DNA from: Lepidodermella squamata
Taxonomy: Eukaryota > Animalia > Gastrotricha
Assembly (NCBI GenBank): GCA_047495785.1
Contig: JBLDXI010000042.1
Location: forward strand, 1,612,001 to 1,676,000
Direction: 5' to 3'
DNA length: 64,000 nucleotides
Position numbers and translations under genes: made by a program. The notes below the pieces were generated by a model. The model did no database searches and was not told where the DNA came from. It worked only from the letters and a program-made list of their open reading frames with translations. Shown here piece by piece: positions 1-13,761 of this stretch (position 1 is the first letter of the stretch; each line of letters starts with the position of its first letter).

Positions 1-2931
1 TACCGTAAGTTTAATTGAAAACATCTTTAAAACTTTCGTAATAATTTGTAATCGCATATAGTTCCGATGCTTACAACTTTGACACTGTACTGACCGATGA
101 GAATTACAATGTGTCGTACAATTACGATTCCGTCATGCACTACGGATGGGACGCTTTCGCTAAAGCGGCAAACTTGCGAACCATGGAAACAATTGATAAG
201 CGATTCATGTACACGATAAATGAGAGGAATTTTATCTCTTTCGGAGATGCGAAACGAGTTAACATACGATATAATTGTGGTAAGTTCAACGTATGGTTAG
301 GTTATCTAATTATGCGTAAAAGTGCAAAAGATTCAGTCTTATATTTTTCCTGAATATCTGAATTATTCATTGAATAACATTGTCTTGGATAGAATTAGCC
401 CGGGCGAGTAAAATTTCAACCTCGTTTATGCCAATTGAGCAAACGAAAATTGAGCAAGGGCTTTTGAGCAACGATATTAGAGCAAGCGAAATTAGAGCAA
501 AGTTTGCAAAGTAGATTTATTTCAAAGATTTTCAAATTTCTCTCTTTTTAGTTGAAAATTCATGTAATGGCATACCTCTGCCGCAGCCTTGCCGGAATGG
601 TGGTTATCAGAACCCGAATAACTGCTCGGAATGCCTATGCCCGGATGGTCTAGGTGGCGATTTCTGCGAGACCTACGCTCTTCACAAAGGTCCAGTTCCA
701 TGCGGCGGTTACGTCGATGTAAACGCTTGCGGCTACACTTCAATCACCTCGCCCGGCTACCCGAATGTCTATGACAAGAATACGGCTTGCAACTGGTGGA
801 TTAGAGCGGTAAATTCTAACCAAAATTCATAATAAATCTTAAAAGATTAATGTTCCAGCCGGCCGGCTCTGGATTAGTTTTCGGCTTCGAAAAAACGCCC
901 GATCTTCCTAACGAATATTACTGTAACAATCTGAAACTGAATTGAAATTTTCGTTGGATTTTCGCTCTATATTTTATAGATGGGACGAGTTGCGGAGATT
1001 ACGTTTCAATTCGTGATTTCAGCAGTGTTGATAAATCACTGATGATGTGCGTAATTTTGGAATCATGGATCGGGTAATATTTATATCCATTTTTCACAGG
1101 TTTTGCACTTATAGCATTTCCAATGGTCGAGTTTACTCAACTGACGAGAATCAAGCAATAGTGACACTCGGAACGCAGGGCTTCTCAAGCACCAGCACCG
1201 GGTTCAATTTGACTGTCTACGCAACTTGCCCTGATACGAAAGCAACCTCGCTTACCAAGGAGTGTCGAATTACCGACACTGGTCGTGATTATGAAGGCAC
1301 GAACGTTACTACGTCGTCCAGGGGTGGAGCATGCTTGAAATGGTCAGACAGGTCAAGCGTGTTCGATTTGGGACTGCCAATGGGTGATGTTGCTGCGTCG
1401 GCCAATGCTTGCCGCGCGTATTTCATCAGCGACGATGACCCTGTATGCTTCGTCAGCAAAAACGTTTATGACGATTGTCCTCTAGTTGAAAAGTGCCCAA
1501 CAAGTAAGTAACGTGCTTAATTTAAAAAGGCCGATAAATAATTAAGGCGGAATTTGTCAATTTTTTCCATTTGAACACTAGCTTTTTGCCCCAATCCGTG
1601 TCAAAACGGGGGAACTTGTGTCGGCGTAGAAATTTGCAGCTGCCAAGCTGGATGGACCGGATCAACCTGCTCAGCTCGTGAGTTCTTTAGTTTCCAAGAA
1701 GTTTGACTGAGACTATCTTATTGTAACAGGAATCCCACCAAAATATGAAAGATGCTTCCTGAAGAGTACTGGCGATTTATCTATATGCCGATTGGCGCCT
1801 CCGCTGTCACTTGGCTGTCATGACTTTGAGTACCCGGTAAGGCTAACCAATCATATAAATTCCAGGGTTATTACCTAATTCAAGGGTGGTCGGACATATC
1901 CAAGCTACCAATCTTGCGTGAGAGGGGTAAGTAAATGAAAATTTCTTCAATTATGATGATGCTCGGTTGATAAAATAGCCTGTGAGCTACTGCTTTTCAC
2001 CCGCAACTGCCGACTTCAATTGTCGCTTTGGTGAATGCAATATCGACGAGAAACGGGTAATATCAATATTTCATACTTGAATTCCTGAATTGGTTGGATT
2101 AATTTCAGATCAAAATCTTCTCCAGCTCCCGATTTTTCGCAGGCGAGAATTTAGTGGCATGCCGTAATCTGGCTTCACATGTAACATAGTTCCCATTCAT
2201 TTAAACTCAGCAAACCCTTTTTTATCACCAGATGAAATACTATCGGTGGTCCAGCTCAAACTTCACGAAAATCGCCTGCCGACCTACAAGTGGCTATAAG
2301 ACTGGAGAGGTTAATTCGGATTCGATCATCAATGTTCTATGTCATTGTTCACGTTTCTCTTGCAGGTCCTAAGCGGCGTTTACCCAGATCGGGCTAGTTG
2401 CCTCGCAAGTAAGGATATAAATTTTCGCAGATCCGAATGACGTTTCATTTTCAGACACAATCGCCGAACAGCCCGTGGTTCGCTGCTACAAGAATTCGAA
2501 TGGTAAATTCCAGACCTGTCGACCAGATTGCCTCAATGACGAATTCCAGGTAACAAATGCTTCCATATATTTTTTCAATTTTTTTCCAATTTTCCAATTT
2601 TTTGAGAATAAATATAATTTCATTATGATTCCAGAATGGCCCGACATATTTTTTCAAAAATCTAGCTGTTTGTCTGAAAGGGGTTTGGACTTTCGCGGTA
2701 ATTTGTTACAATTGCAAATGATTTTCTGATATTTCAGGGTGCCAGGCTGTGTAAGCGTAATCGCAAGCAAAATTATTGCACAGGAACGAACAGATCCTGC
2801 AAGAAACAGGTATTGTTTACTTATCTTTCTAATTTACTGAAGTTGGTCTTATTTTCATTAAAAAGATCCGAATTTTCGGCACATCTGACCTATTCGCTGA
2901 CAATCTGGCAGCATGCCAAGCAGCCAGCTAA
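1..2931 (+). CDS. Astacin metalloprotease copy 1 (5' part outside window): astacin C-term, EGF, CUB, kringle, EGF, 5x four-Cys repeat; multi-exon
   Basis: Met-turn [10 protein letters not shown]; [30 protein letters not shown]; CUB CGGYV..ITSPGYP..CNWWI; kringle CRITDTGRDYEG..CLKW..NACR..PVCF; GT-AG introns; stop TAA 2929-2931. Confidence 0.85.
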
Positions 2932-4992
2932 TGAACCTACTACCAACTATTAACTAGAACAGCCAGCCTAATTTAATTGTGATTAATGACTTATTAATGA
3001 TTTGCGAGCCAAGTTATTTAGTTGATCAATAAACCGTCGATAGAACCCTTGCATATTGTTACGCCCATCGATATTCACATTCCATAGAGATTCACGTATA
3101 TTTACGTGAGGGGAGCTATGACCTTCATTTGCAGGCGCAACCGATTAGCGATGTGAGTCTCCAGAATACCTATATACAATTACGAGGAATATTAGAAGTC
3201 TCATTGTTTAACCCTATGAAAATCAATATTAGAAGCTTCCAGGTATCACGGTTAGAGATCCAGAGAGTTCAATTCACCAAGATGACCTGAGATCTCCCCT
3301 AAGAAGGTAGCGAGGCGCCGGAGGGAAAAAAGTCGATTTTTCTGACCTATCGTTTTTATGACGGGAAGTTGTGTTGCAGTGAGGGCTCGGGACCGAGTGC
3401 TAGGCATCCTTGAAGCAACCAGGCAGCTGCGACGGGTGGGCGAACTCGAACGCCACCGGGAGTGACGAGAGACGGTTTTCGAAGTAGGCATTGAACCCGG
3501 CGCTGACCCGGGCAAACAGGCGGTCTTTGTAGACGGCAAGGTCGGCGGCGGCCGCGGCGACAGGCGGAGCGGACAAGGCGGGCGGTAGACAGCCTGTGCG
3601 AGCAGGCCGTTCAGCTCGGCGATCAGTCTGCGAAGCGCTGAGATTTCTTGACATTGAGCGGAAACCACGGCTTGCAGGTGCAGAAATTCGGCGGGAAGCG
3701 ACAGCGGTATATACCTACGCGAATACCTATGTTATTCACTACATATATCGTATTGATATATATATCGATTCCGGCTGGAAGGTATGGTACGACATACCGA
3801 ATTACATTGTCCTAGCCACTCGCAATAACATGGCGTTTGTACAACATCTACAAAAATGCAATCTACAACCCGGATGCGGTTAATGAGTCACAGGAGTAAG
3901 AGGATTTCAGCCATGAGGAAGAACATGACGATGAGGAGGTCAAGTTGCCGGTTGTAGCCCGTAGCAGTTGGCGCGATGCTGAGGCGAAACGGCGGCATCT
4001 CGGCCGGTTTGCTGGCATTTCGTGGCCGCGAGGTGTTTCATCTTACAATAATCGTTGAATAATGAATAAAAAATGATTTTTTGAAACCGGACTTTTGAAT
4101 CAACTTCGTTTTTTTAATTCGTCATTATGCTATTGCGCAAGTCATGAAGGTGTGTTGATTTAATTGATTTAACCAGAGTGCGACTGTCCCCAGGCCGGAC
4201 AAGAAAATGAAAATATTGCTCGCTGTTTTGTCAAATTTTAGAGGGTTTGGAGCGTGTTCAGGATAAATTCTACACAATTTCCTCGCTTCGCTCGTTTTTT
4301 TATTGAAATAACAAATGGGCTGAATTTTCCCCTTCACTGGCAAAGGAAAAGCTCCCAGGTGAAGAAGCAAAGGCGATTACACCAAGCTTGCCGAAACGAA
4401 TTTAACGTTATCAAACTTAAGGTTTTAGCTCAACGGATGAGGTGGCCGAAATTAGGACACCCGGTTCCCTAATTCCGGCCAGAAGTCTAAGTGACTTCAA
4501 AATTAGCCATAAATCAAGGTAAAATCGTTCGGACTTGCGGGAACCGACGCTCACTAGCCCAAGAACTCCTTTACAATCCTGTATTTGCCGAAAATTTTCT
4601 AAAAATTCAACCGGCTAGCAAAATGGCTAAGGAAAAACACGAAAAGTGTCCGAATTTAGGGCGGGATGCTCTAATAATAATAATCTCATTTTTTTTAAAT
4701 TGACCTCGCCAAGACCACCGGTCCTATTTAGATCGGTCCGCTTACGAACCCGTTCACTGTTCATCACGGAAAAAAGAAAATATTCCAGATGATTCTGGCG
4801 GTACATGCGTCCGAATTATTTGAAAACAAAAAGCTATATATTTCGAGCTATTCGAGCTATTCGAAAACAACCATAACGTACCATTTCTGTCTAATCGGAC
4901 TCTATTAATAGCTTCACCTTGTTGTTTTCCTATAAGCATGCCATGATTCTGCGTGATCACTTTCATTCACTTTATTTATTTTATTTGAAAAA

Positions 4993-7900
4993 ATGAAGCA
5001 GTTAGTTGCTGTTACACTACTTCTCAGTTTCGTAGCCTTATCCCGTGGAATTGTAAGTGACTTCTATTTTTATCAACTTTTCACCATCTAAAAGCATATG
5101 CTTTCAAGGACCCGCAGCTTGAAGATGTTCTCCGGCAATTGAACGATGCGATTCTTGAAAATCATGGTCTTCCACCGGTAAATTTCCGAGAAATATCGCC
5201 ATTAAATGTGTAATGCCCGTTGTTTTCTAGGCCGACCGCAGCGTTCCACTGAAGCTGTGCGGCGTTCCGGATCTCGAAACCGCGCAAGCAAAACTGAGGC
5301 GACAGCTGGCAATCGCGGATGGCGATGAGCCATTTGTGGCTGGTGTGAAATCGACTGCCACTCTCTGGGAATTTCCTATCAAATACAAACTCAGCGAAGC
5401 ATACAGTTAGTTGAACGATTGTTCAATTTTCTGAAGTTCTGAAGTCTTCAATTTTTGATTTTTAGTGAATAATAATTAGCATTAAACAGCTGCATTTTAT
5501 TCTCATATCCAAGTTGTAATTTCCATATTTTATCATTTCATTGCAGCCACCGATCAGAAAGCACTCATCCGTGCAGGCATGGATCGATGGGAAGAGCTAA
5601 CATGCGCCAGGTTCGTCGAAATTCCAGATCTCGCGGAGGATCACAACGGCTTGAACATCTTCAAAGAAACAGGGTGAGTCATTTCCAAAATACAAATATT
5701 TGTAAAAATGCCTATTTTTCCGGCTATTTTAAAGATGCTGGTCGCAAATTGGGAGAATTCAATTCGGGAAGCGGCAAGACGTGTCTCTGGCGGAAGGCTG
5801 CATGGGGGTATTTATCATTTCATGAAAAAGTTATGTCTAGACTGAACACAATCTTCACACAGGTATACATTGTAGCTCACGAACTCGGCCATGCTCTTGG
5901 AATGGTTTGGCTTTTCTTCATGAAATGGCTTCGTGTTAATCTGTGTGTCTCGCCTTTAGGATCACGAGCAATCGAGACCAGACCGCGATAGCTACATCCG
6001 AGTCCTATACGAGAACATTCTACCGTAAGCTCTGTTGAAACAATCTTTTAAACTGGCGTCGTAATTTTTACTCGCATATAGTTCCGATGCTTACAACTTT
6101 GACACTGAGCTGTCCGATGAGAATTACAATGTGTCGTACAATTACGATTCCGTCATGCACTACGGCTGGGACGCTTTCGCTAAAGCGGCAAACTTGCGAA
6201 CCATGGAAACAATTGACAAGCGATTCATGTACACGATTGATCAGCAAAATTATATTTCTTTCGGAGATGCGAAAAGAATTAATACACGATACAGTTGTGG
6301 TAAGCGATAAATATGGTAAGGTTACCTAAATAAGGCCTCATGGGTCAATTTTTCTGGCTCTTAGTTTCAACCGAATTAGCATACTTTGTTAGCAAAATAT
6401 TTTGTTATTTTTTATTTTTCCAGCTTAAATTTATTTAAAATTGAATTTCGTCAAGTTTTTTGTTTTAATGTTCCGATTTTAATAGACTAAACAACTTTTT
6501 TTTAGTCGAAACTTCCTGCAATGGCCAGCCGCTGCCACAGCCTTGTCAGAATGGTGGCTATCAGAACCCGAATAACTGCTCGAAGTGCATATGCCCAGAT
6601 GGTCTAGGCGGCGATTTCTGCGAGACCTACGGCCCTTACAAGGGTCCAGTTCCATGCGGTGGTTACGTCGATGTAAAAGCTTGCAGCTACACTTCGATCA
6701 CCTCGCCAGGCTATCCGAATTTCTTCGACAAAAATACGGTTTGCAACTGGTGGATAAGAGCGGTGATTTTCAAACTAAACTTTTGATCAATTAATTAATG
6801 CTTATCATTTCAGCCTGCTGGAACTGGATTAGTTTTCGCCTTTGATAAAACACCTGATCTCCCATATGATGAAATCTGTAAATTTATTGAAATTAATTGC
6901 AATTTTTCATGTTTCTCTGTTTGTTCTAGATAGGACGAGTTGCGGAGATTACGTTTCAATTCGTGATTTCAGCAGTGTTGAAAAATCAGCAATGAGGTCT
7001 CAATTTTTCCAGCCTCGGATTGATTTAATTTCCATTGTTTTACAGGTTTTGCACTGCCAGCATTTCTAATGGTCGGGTTTACTCAACTAACGAAAACCAA
7101 GCAATAGTCATATTCGGAACGCAAGGCTTATCAAACACAAGTACTGGGTTCAATTTGGCCATCTACGCCACGTGCCCGGGTACAACGGCCAGCTCGCTTA
7201 CCAAGGAGTGTCGAATTACCGAAACCGGTCGCGACTATGAAGGCCTGGGCGTTACTGCGTCTTCGTTGGGTGAAAATTGCACGGCATGGTCCGGCAAGTC
7301 AAACGTGATAGATTTGCAACTTCCGATGGGCGATGTCGCTGCGTCGGCGAGTGCATGCCGTGCGTTCAATAATGAGGATAAGCCGGTGTGCTATGTCGCC
7401 CAAGATACTTACAACTTACAATCCTTGCCCACTGGTCGACAAGTGCCCATCAGGTAAGTCCATTGCGTTTTGGACCTTCTACGCATCGTAGTAGGTTGTG
7501 GCACCCATTCTACGTATAATTGTCAGCAAATTTTCTTGGAGTTTAGGTTAGGCCGAGAACATTAACAGCTTCTTTAGACGGAGCGGGGTGTAGTCTAGGG
7601 TTCAAAATCCGTAAATTGTTCCACTTTTCGATCATTGTGGTCATTCGCTTAAGCAAGGGCTCAATATTCATGTCTGCTATCCGCGCCTTACGAGGAGATA
7701 AAAATGCTGATTTTGGGCTGTTGGAGCTTTCGATTCGAAAAATCCATGATCGCATCGAATTCGGAAAAAGCAAAATCAATGGCCTCTAATTTCAAATTCA
7801 TCGGATTTTTCGGAAATTAATCAGAACTGAGCAAAAGCAGATCGGATAGAAGCGTGTTTACTAATATTTAAGGTAGTATCTAGAATCTATAAAATTAAAT

Positions 7901-9336
7901 TAAACACGAGAGCATAGTCTTTCTCGTAATTATTTGAAGTTTTGAAGTCCGAAATGTCAATTTTTCATTCGGGAAACAGTTTCCTGTGCGAGTGCGTGCC
8001 AGAACGGTGGAACATGTGTTGGCATAAACTTTTGCAACTGCCCAGCTGGTTGGACCGGTGAAACCTGTACAACTCGTGAGTTATTTAACAGCCATTCATA
8101 AACTTTAATTTTTACTGATCGATATAGGTCTTCAAAACACAACAGAAACTTCAACGAAGTATACGCGATGCTTCTTGAGGAGCTCGGACGATTTATCTAC
8201 TTGCCGTGTGGCAACGCCTAATGTCTGCCGAGAGTTCGAGTACCCGGTAGGCCTAACTCATTATAACATTCCCTGATTCAATAATCTTAATATATGATTT
8301 AAGGGCGGTCGAATGTTTCCAAGTTATGAATCTTGCGAGAGGGGCGTAAGTATAATTGGCAACTGATTCAAATATGAGAATAATCTGATAATTTAACAGA
8401 CTGTGAGCTACTGCTATTCACCCGCAACCGCCGACTTCAATTGCCGCCTTGGAGACTGCAAAAGCAACGAACAACGGGTAATAAATCAAATTTATCATTT
8501 TCTCAAATATCTGAAATATTTCCATTGATTTCAGATCAAAATCTTCTCCAGCTCTCGATTTTTCGCCGCTGAGAATCTGATGGAATGTCGTAATCTGGCT
8601 TTACTGGTAACATAGTTCTCCTTGTTATTTGATAACATCAGAGCTATTGATCTCCACAGATGAAATACTATCGTTGTCTCAACTCAACGAATACAGCGAA
8701 TATCGCTTGCCGACCGACTAAAGGCTGTGCGCCTGGAGAGGTTAACTGCAATATTCCGCCATGTTTCTTGTCCTATCAATGTTGTTACAGCTCCAAAGCG
8801 GCGGGTACTCGAATCGGGCTGGTTGCCTAAACAGTAAGGACTATCTTTGCATTCCAAGCTCACAACTGGTCATTTTGAGTTCAGATACGTCCGCCGATCA
8901 GCCTGTAGTTCGTTGCTGCAAGAAAACGAATGGTAAGTTCGAAACATGCCGACCCGTTTGCCAAAATGACGAATTCCAGGTAAAATTGCGTCACTGATTT
9001 TCCGAAATAGCATGTTATTTTATTATAACTTCAGAATGGCCCGACGTATTTCTTCAAAAATCTGGCCGTTTGCCTGAAAGGGGTTGAATTTTCGGCATAA
9101 ATTTCTTTCATTTCTCTGAAATTCATGATATATTTCAGGGCGCAAGGCTGTGTAAGCGTAATCGTCAGCAGAAATACTGCATTGGCTCGAATAGATCCTG
9201 TAAAAAACAAGTAAACAACTATTCCTTATTGTTATAATGCTTATATCCTTGTTGTTTCCTATGACAGATCACAATTTTTGGATCATCGGACCTTTTCGCC
9301 GATAATCTTGCAGCTTGCAAAGCGGCCAACATATGA
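4993..9336 (+). pseudogene. Astacin copy 2, frameshifted at the end of the kringle (pseudogene or C-terminally truncated protein)
   Basis: Signal peptide MKQLVAVTLLLSFVA; zinc motif HELGHALGM|DHEQSRPDRD; SVMHY. A 7-bp tandem duplication ACTTACA (7407-7420), absent from copy 4, shifts the frame. Confidence 0.8.
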
Positions 9337-9983
9337 AGAATGAAGAGGAGTTCGTTAATCAACCGAATGCAAACAATATAATGAGCCTTCCCTTATTAAT
9401 GGCTAATCAACGCTGAATATATTGACTTGAGTTAACTTCGTGGCTGAATCTGTTGTGCTTTGCATCTATTTCTTGCCGCAGAATCGCTATAATATTTTTC
9501 GTTTATGTGATATTTCGCCGAGGCCTAAGGGGAATTTGATCTATTTTCTGGAACTTTTTGCTCAACTGGCAATAAAAAACGTCACAGAGCAATGATTATA
9601 CCTTGTACAAACAATATGTAACGATATCGTCAAGTTGAGAGCTCACGAGTGAAAACAGAACGGTCCTACTTATGCGAACACCTTTTTTCGATTTTCTGGA
9701 AATACAGAGAATTCACTTTTCAATTGTTTACGGCCATCTAATAAATGACTGAAACCGTCGGAGTATCGGTGCAGGACAAAGCGAGCTGAACATCGGTGAG
9801 AAAGTGGTTGACTTCCATCCCCAATTCGATGTTTTTCCCTATTTTGAAAATGTGAAAAAACGCTAAGGAGCTAGCAACAACAACAACAAGCAACGAAAAA
9901 CTGAAACTTCTTAAGAAATTTACGCTCAATTTCAGCGATATATCAAGTATTCTTCCAGATGATCTTACACGAAAAATGCCAAC

Positions 9984-10055
9984 TGGAGGCATCGGGGATT
10001 GAACCCGAGACCTTCACAATGCGAATGAGACGCTCTACCACTGAGCTATGCCCCC
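9984..10055 (-). tRNA. tRNA-Ala(CGC)
   Basis: GGGGGCA TAGCTCAGTGGTAGAGC G TCTCA TTCGCAT TGTGA AGGTC TCGGG TTCAATC CCCGA TGCCTCC A; G3:U70 Ala determinant; one anticodon-stem mismatch. Confidence 0.85.
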
Positions 10056-10136
10056 TAGGCTTTAAAGTGCATAAAAAGTTCACATGGTAAATAAAATGAT
10101 TAAATGTTTCCCTAGTAGCTCAAAATTAAGCTTGAA

Positions 10137-10210
10137 AGGTCCCATCGAGAATCGAACTCGAGTCGCTGGATTAAGAATTCAGAATGCTAACCGCTACACC
10201 ATTTCGGACC
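10137..10210 (-). pseudogene. tRNA-Gln-derived pseudogene (anticodon reads CTT)
   Basis: Body resembles tRNA-Gln (TGGTGTAGCGGTTAGCA..ATCCAGCGACTCGAGTTCGATTCTCG..GGGACCT); extra bases in the 5' acceptor strand; CTG>CTT. Confidence 0.7.
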
Positions 10211-10228
10211 TCTCGAAAGCTGATTTCC

Positions 10229-10311
10229 AACGTCAGCCAGAAGTCGAACCCGGATCGGTTGCTTCAAGCCTGCATGGAAGACAACCATGCTGACCGTTAC
10301 ACCACTGACGA
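10229..10311 (-). tRNA. tRNA-Gly(TCC)-like gene with an 11-nt insertion after position 37 (intron or duplication; may be a pseudogene)
   Basis: CGTCAG TGGTGTAACGGTCAGCAT GGTTGT CTTCCA [TGCAGGCTTGA] AGCAACC GATCCGGGTTCGACTTCTGG CTGACG. Confidence 0.65.
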
Positions 10312-10849
10312 ATGATAAATGTGAGAACTGTTCTAGTGGCTAAAACTAGCAGTAATTGAGTTTCTGGAAATACGTTCTCTGCCAGCAGTATACTTATTTC
10401 CTCAGTCGGATTTAAACACTCGCGCGGATACCGCATCCGATTTCTAGCCAGAGCTATACAATTTTCCAATATCAAAAGAATCACATTGGAATCTCAATCC
10501 CGGGTTTCGTTCTCATGAAAGGGTGTTCGGGATCCAATACCTAAAAAAGAGTTCTCATCAATTGGCAACTGGTTGCTGGTAAGGTCTAAAAGCAGAATGA
10601 AGGTTTGCAAGCACACAGTTGAGGGTTGAGAGTCCTGAATACCACGACGATCGACGAGCTTCGAATATGGGCCGAAAAAGAGTCGAACCAAAGATAATTT
10701 ATTATTGCCTCACTTATTTGACTTGAAGGTTCATGTTGTCAAAATAAAATGCTACATCGCAGCATTTAGCTATACAGCATAGAGAGAGTTTTAATAGTCG
10801 AATGTCAAATGTATCGACTCGTATTCAAGTCCGATAGGTTTCTTCAGCA

Positions 10850-12882
10850 TCAAGCGAATGTTTCACAGAGATAACCGAGCGCAGGAGCGTTACAGCTTGC
10901 GTCTTGAATAAGGCCGCCATCGTAAAGAATGGCACAGGCATCTGCGCCGTAATTGGGCTCGCCAGCGCCAGAATCCCACAGCGGAAGATTGGCATACGGC
11001 GTGCCATCGTCCCACGTCCAGTTTCCCGGCGTATTTGACAGGCCAATGTGGACAAAAGTACCAGCGCCTTTATCTACCAAGGCTTTGTCAAGTTCCTCCT
11101 TCGTCTTAATAGTCGCCAATAGCCCGCCGGTATTCTTGCAGTATGCGTCGGCTCTAGAACGATAAAAGGATCCAGAGTGAAATAGCACGGTTTTAACCGC
11201 GTTTTCACAAGCTGAAAGGCTGGTGAAGTTATTCGTTGGGTATTTCTTCTCGTCAACGTTGCAATCTGCTGGTCGGCAAGTAACGACGCCGTTTGGTCCG
11301 AGACAGCGATAAAAGACGGCCTGATGGGAAAAAACGAGCATTTCGATTGTGAGAAACCATTTGAGAACTTACAGGTGCGAGATCTGCTGAGCAGGTTTCG
11401 TAATTTGTTTGGAAGGATGTCGAATTTAGGTATAGCTTGACCTGAAACGAAAAAAAAAACGGTTCGATTATTACTTTCAACAAAGGAGCGGTTCCTACCT
11501 GGGTCGACCCGGCTGGACATTCTCTCCCAACGCAAAGCTTTGTTCCGCTCGAATCGCACTGAATTGCAGCCTGGAATCAACAGACGTCAACAGACGGATT
11601 GCGAACTCCTGACTGAGAGAATGTAGTTCGACATTGAACTTACGCCCCGAAGGCAATTATCTCGGTTGATGTACGGCTTGGGGGCTGCTTCTTGGGTCTC
11701 GTTGATAGCCGAGCAGCCAACAGAGCTGAGACGACAACCATTAAAGATTCGACCAGGGTTGCTGAAACAGCGAACGTGAGGCTTCTCGCTGTCTGGCACC
11801 AGAACTGAAAATCAATTGATATACGATAGCAAAATTACTTAATTGAGAAATTAACTTTTCCCGTCGACGCAAGTTGCAAGGTTAGAAAATGTTCGACCAC
11901 CAGTAGCCTTGTGAACAAAATAATGAAAAGACATTAGCCAATTTGCATGTTATAATAACTAAGATAACGATAAAGAATTAATACGAACGATAAAGTAATT
12001 TCCTAACTACCTATTTTAGTAATTCCCCAAAATTCAGAAATAAATTCAGGAGAAATAAATTTCATAAAAAAAAATCCAGAAATTTAGGAACTTTCGAAAA
12101 TACCACATAATATTTCAAATAAAAATTAATTTATTTCTCAAAACAAGCTATGATTAAAATTTTCGAAGCTTCACGAAAATGCTAAACGATTTGAATTCAG
12201 AAATCACTGTTAATTCTCAAACGCTTTCAAACAAGACTTACAGTGATGTTAGGACACGTTTGATTGATTGGGACGCAAGTGACCAGTGTACCATTCGAAG
12301 AGCACTGCTTGAAATTTTGATTCTGAGAATAACAAACGACCTTGTCAATGACGATATTATAATTCGAAATTACGACCTACCGCGAAATTAATTCTATCGG
12401 TTTCGCAGAATTGCAAGCTCGAGCGAAGCAACGAGCGGCTGTAGAATGGCTGAAACTGATGACGAGAAAACAATAAAATTTGAAATTAATTGATGAAAAT
12501 AACATGCCGATATTTCATCAGGAGCTTTGCATGGAACAATTCCAGGGCGGCAACTTGGCGTTAAGGTTGCAAATTTGTAACACATGCGGCCATTCTGTTA
12601 GAGTTATAGAATCTTATCTGGATTGGAAGTTCAAGGATTACTCACTCCACTTCGACACAAATCATACGTGGCAATACTAGAGCCGGACTATATAGAAAAG
12701 GTTCTGTTAATAAAGGTGAAAAAGTTGGTAAAACACTAAATAACCTGGTATTCCTTCAATGAATCACAAGATGTCGCACAGTTGACAAATGAGTTATCAA
12801 GCAGTGACATGCAGCGTTTCCATTGGCAGGAAACACCTCCAAATAGACAGAATAATGCGACTAGAGCTACGGCCCTTATCAT
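10850..12882 (-). CDS. Secreted protein: signal peptide, 6x four-Cys repeat, C-terminal C-type lectin domain; multi-exon
   Basis: MIRAVALVALFCLFGGVSC signal peptide; lectin domain ADAYCKNTGGLLATI..VHIGL..WTWDDGT..WDSGAGEPN..ACA..IQDASCNAPALGYLCE; exons join in frame by eye, needing one GC donor. Confidence 0.8.
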
Positions 12883-13301
12883 GTTTAAAACGCGTTGAAA
12901 ATAACTCGAATAAAATAGTTTTAGAAATAAGGAACCCAAAAAAGCACGCGATATTTGTGTCCGAATTCAATGCGGTTCAGTTGTTTACAGTTTATTGGAA
13001 TCACGTATTTAAGCATTATATTTTTAGAAAAAACGAACACGTGGCCTCACAGAAGCCTCCAAACTCAAAAAACACAAAAATGACAAGGGAACAAGAACAA
13101 TAAGTACTCAAAACAAACAATATTTCGAGCCTTGAATTTAAGTCCACGGTTAACACCCTCGCTTGCTGTTAATTTGCATGCCACGGTTGACTAGGCCTGG
13201 TCTTGCAAGTGGCTGAACATTGCGCGATTTCAGCATTTCCAACTATGTTGTACAAAACAGCTTGACTGTGACTTGAAAAAATTATTTTCCTAACTATAAA
13301 C

Positions 13302-13688
13302 CATAGAGAAACAATGACCAGAGAAAGCACTCAAGCTAACATTTCTAAATCCTCATTTTAATTCAAAGTTGACTTTCTACCAAATTTCGCATGCCTATAG
13401 AACACGAGCTGCTCTTTCACGTGGTATAAGATTTTAGGTGGGAAACCCAACCGTTGTTACGATACAAAAACCTCGTTTTCACTATGGTTTTACTTATTTT
13501 GATGATATCAAGACTGAGCAGCAATTGCCCACCTCAAATCTTATACCACGTGTAAGAGCAGCTCGCGTTCTATAAGCATGCAAAATTTTGTAAAAAAACG
13601 GAGATATCCGTTTTGAGAACGCACTTCTATAATAATGGAGATCAATATTTTAGCTTGAGTGCTTACTCTGGTCATTTTTTTCTCTATG
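13302..13688. mobile_element. Palindromic MITE with 8-bp TSD (hAT/P-type)
   Basis: TIR CATAGAGAAACAATGACCAGAGAAAGCACTCAAGCTAA with an imperfect reverse complement at the right end; internal inverted repeats; TSD CTATAAAC at 13294-13301 and 13689-13696. Confidence 0.85.
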
Positions 13689-13761
13689 CTATAAACCTAT
13701 TTCACCGATATAGCAACCATTCTTCCCGATGATATTCAAAAAATTGCCAGGAGGCAATTTG

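Noticed and set aside
3252-4050. GC-rich ORFs between astacin copies 1 and 2 (possible transposon or gag fragment)
   Set aside because: No recognisable motif, LTR or TIR; cannot assign
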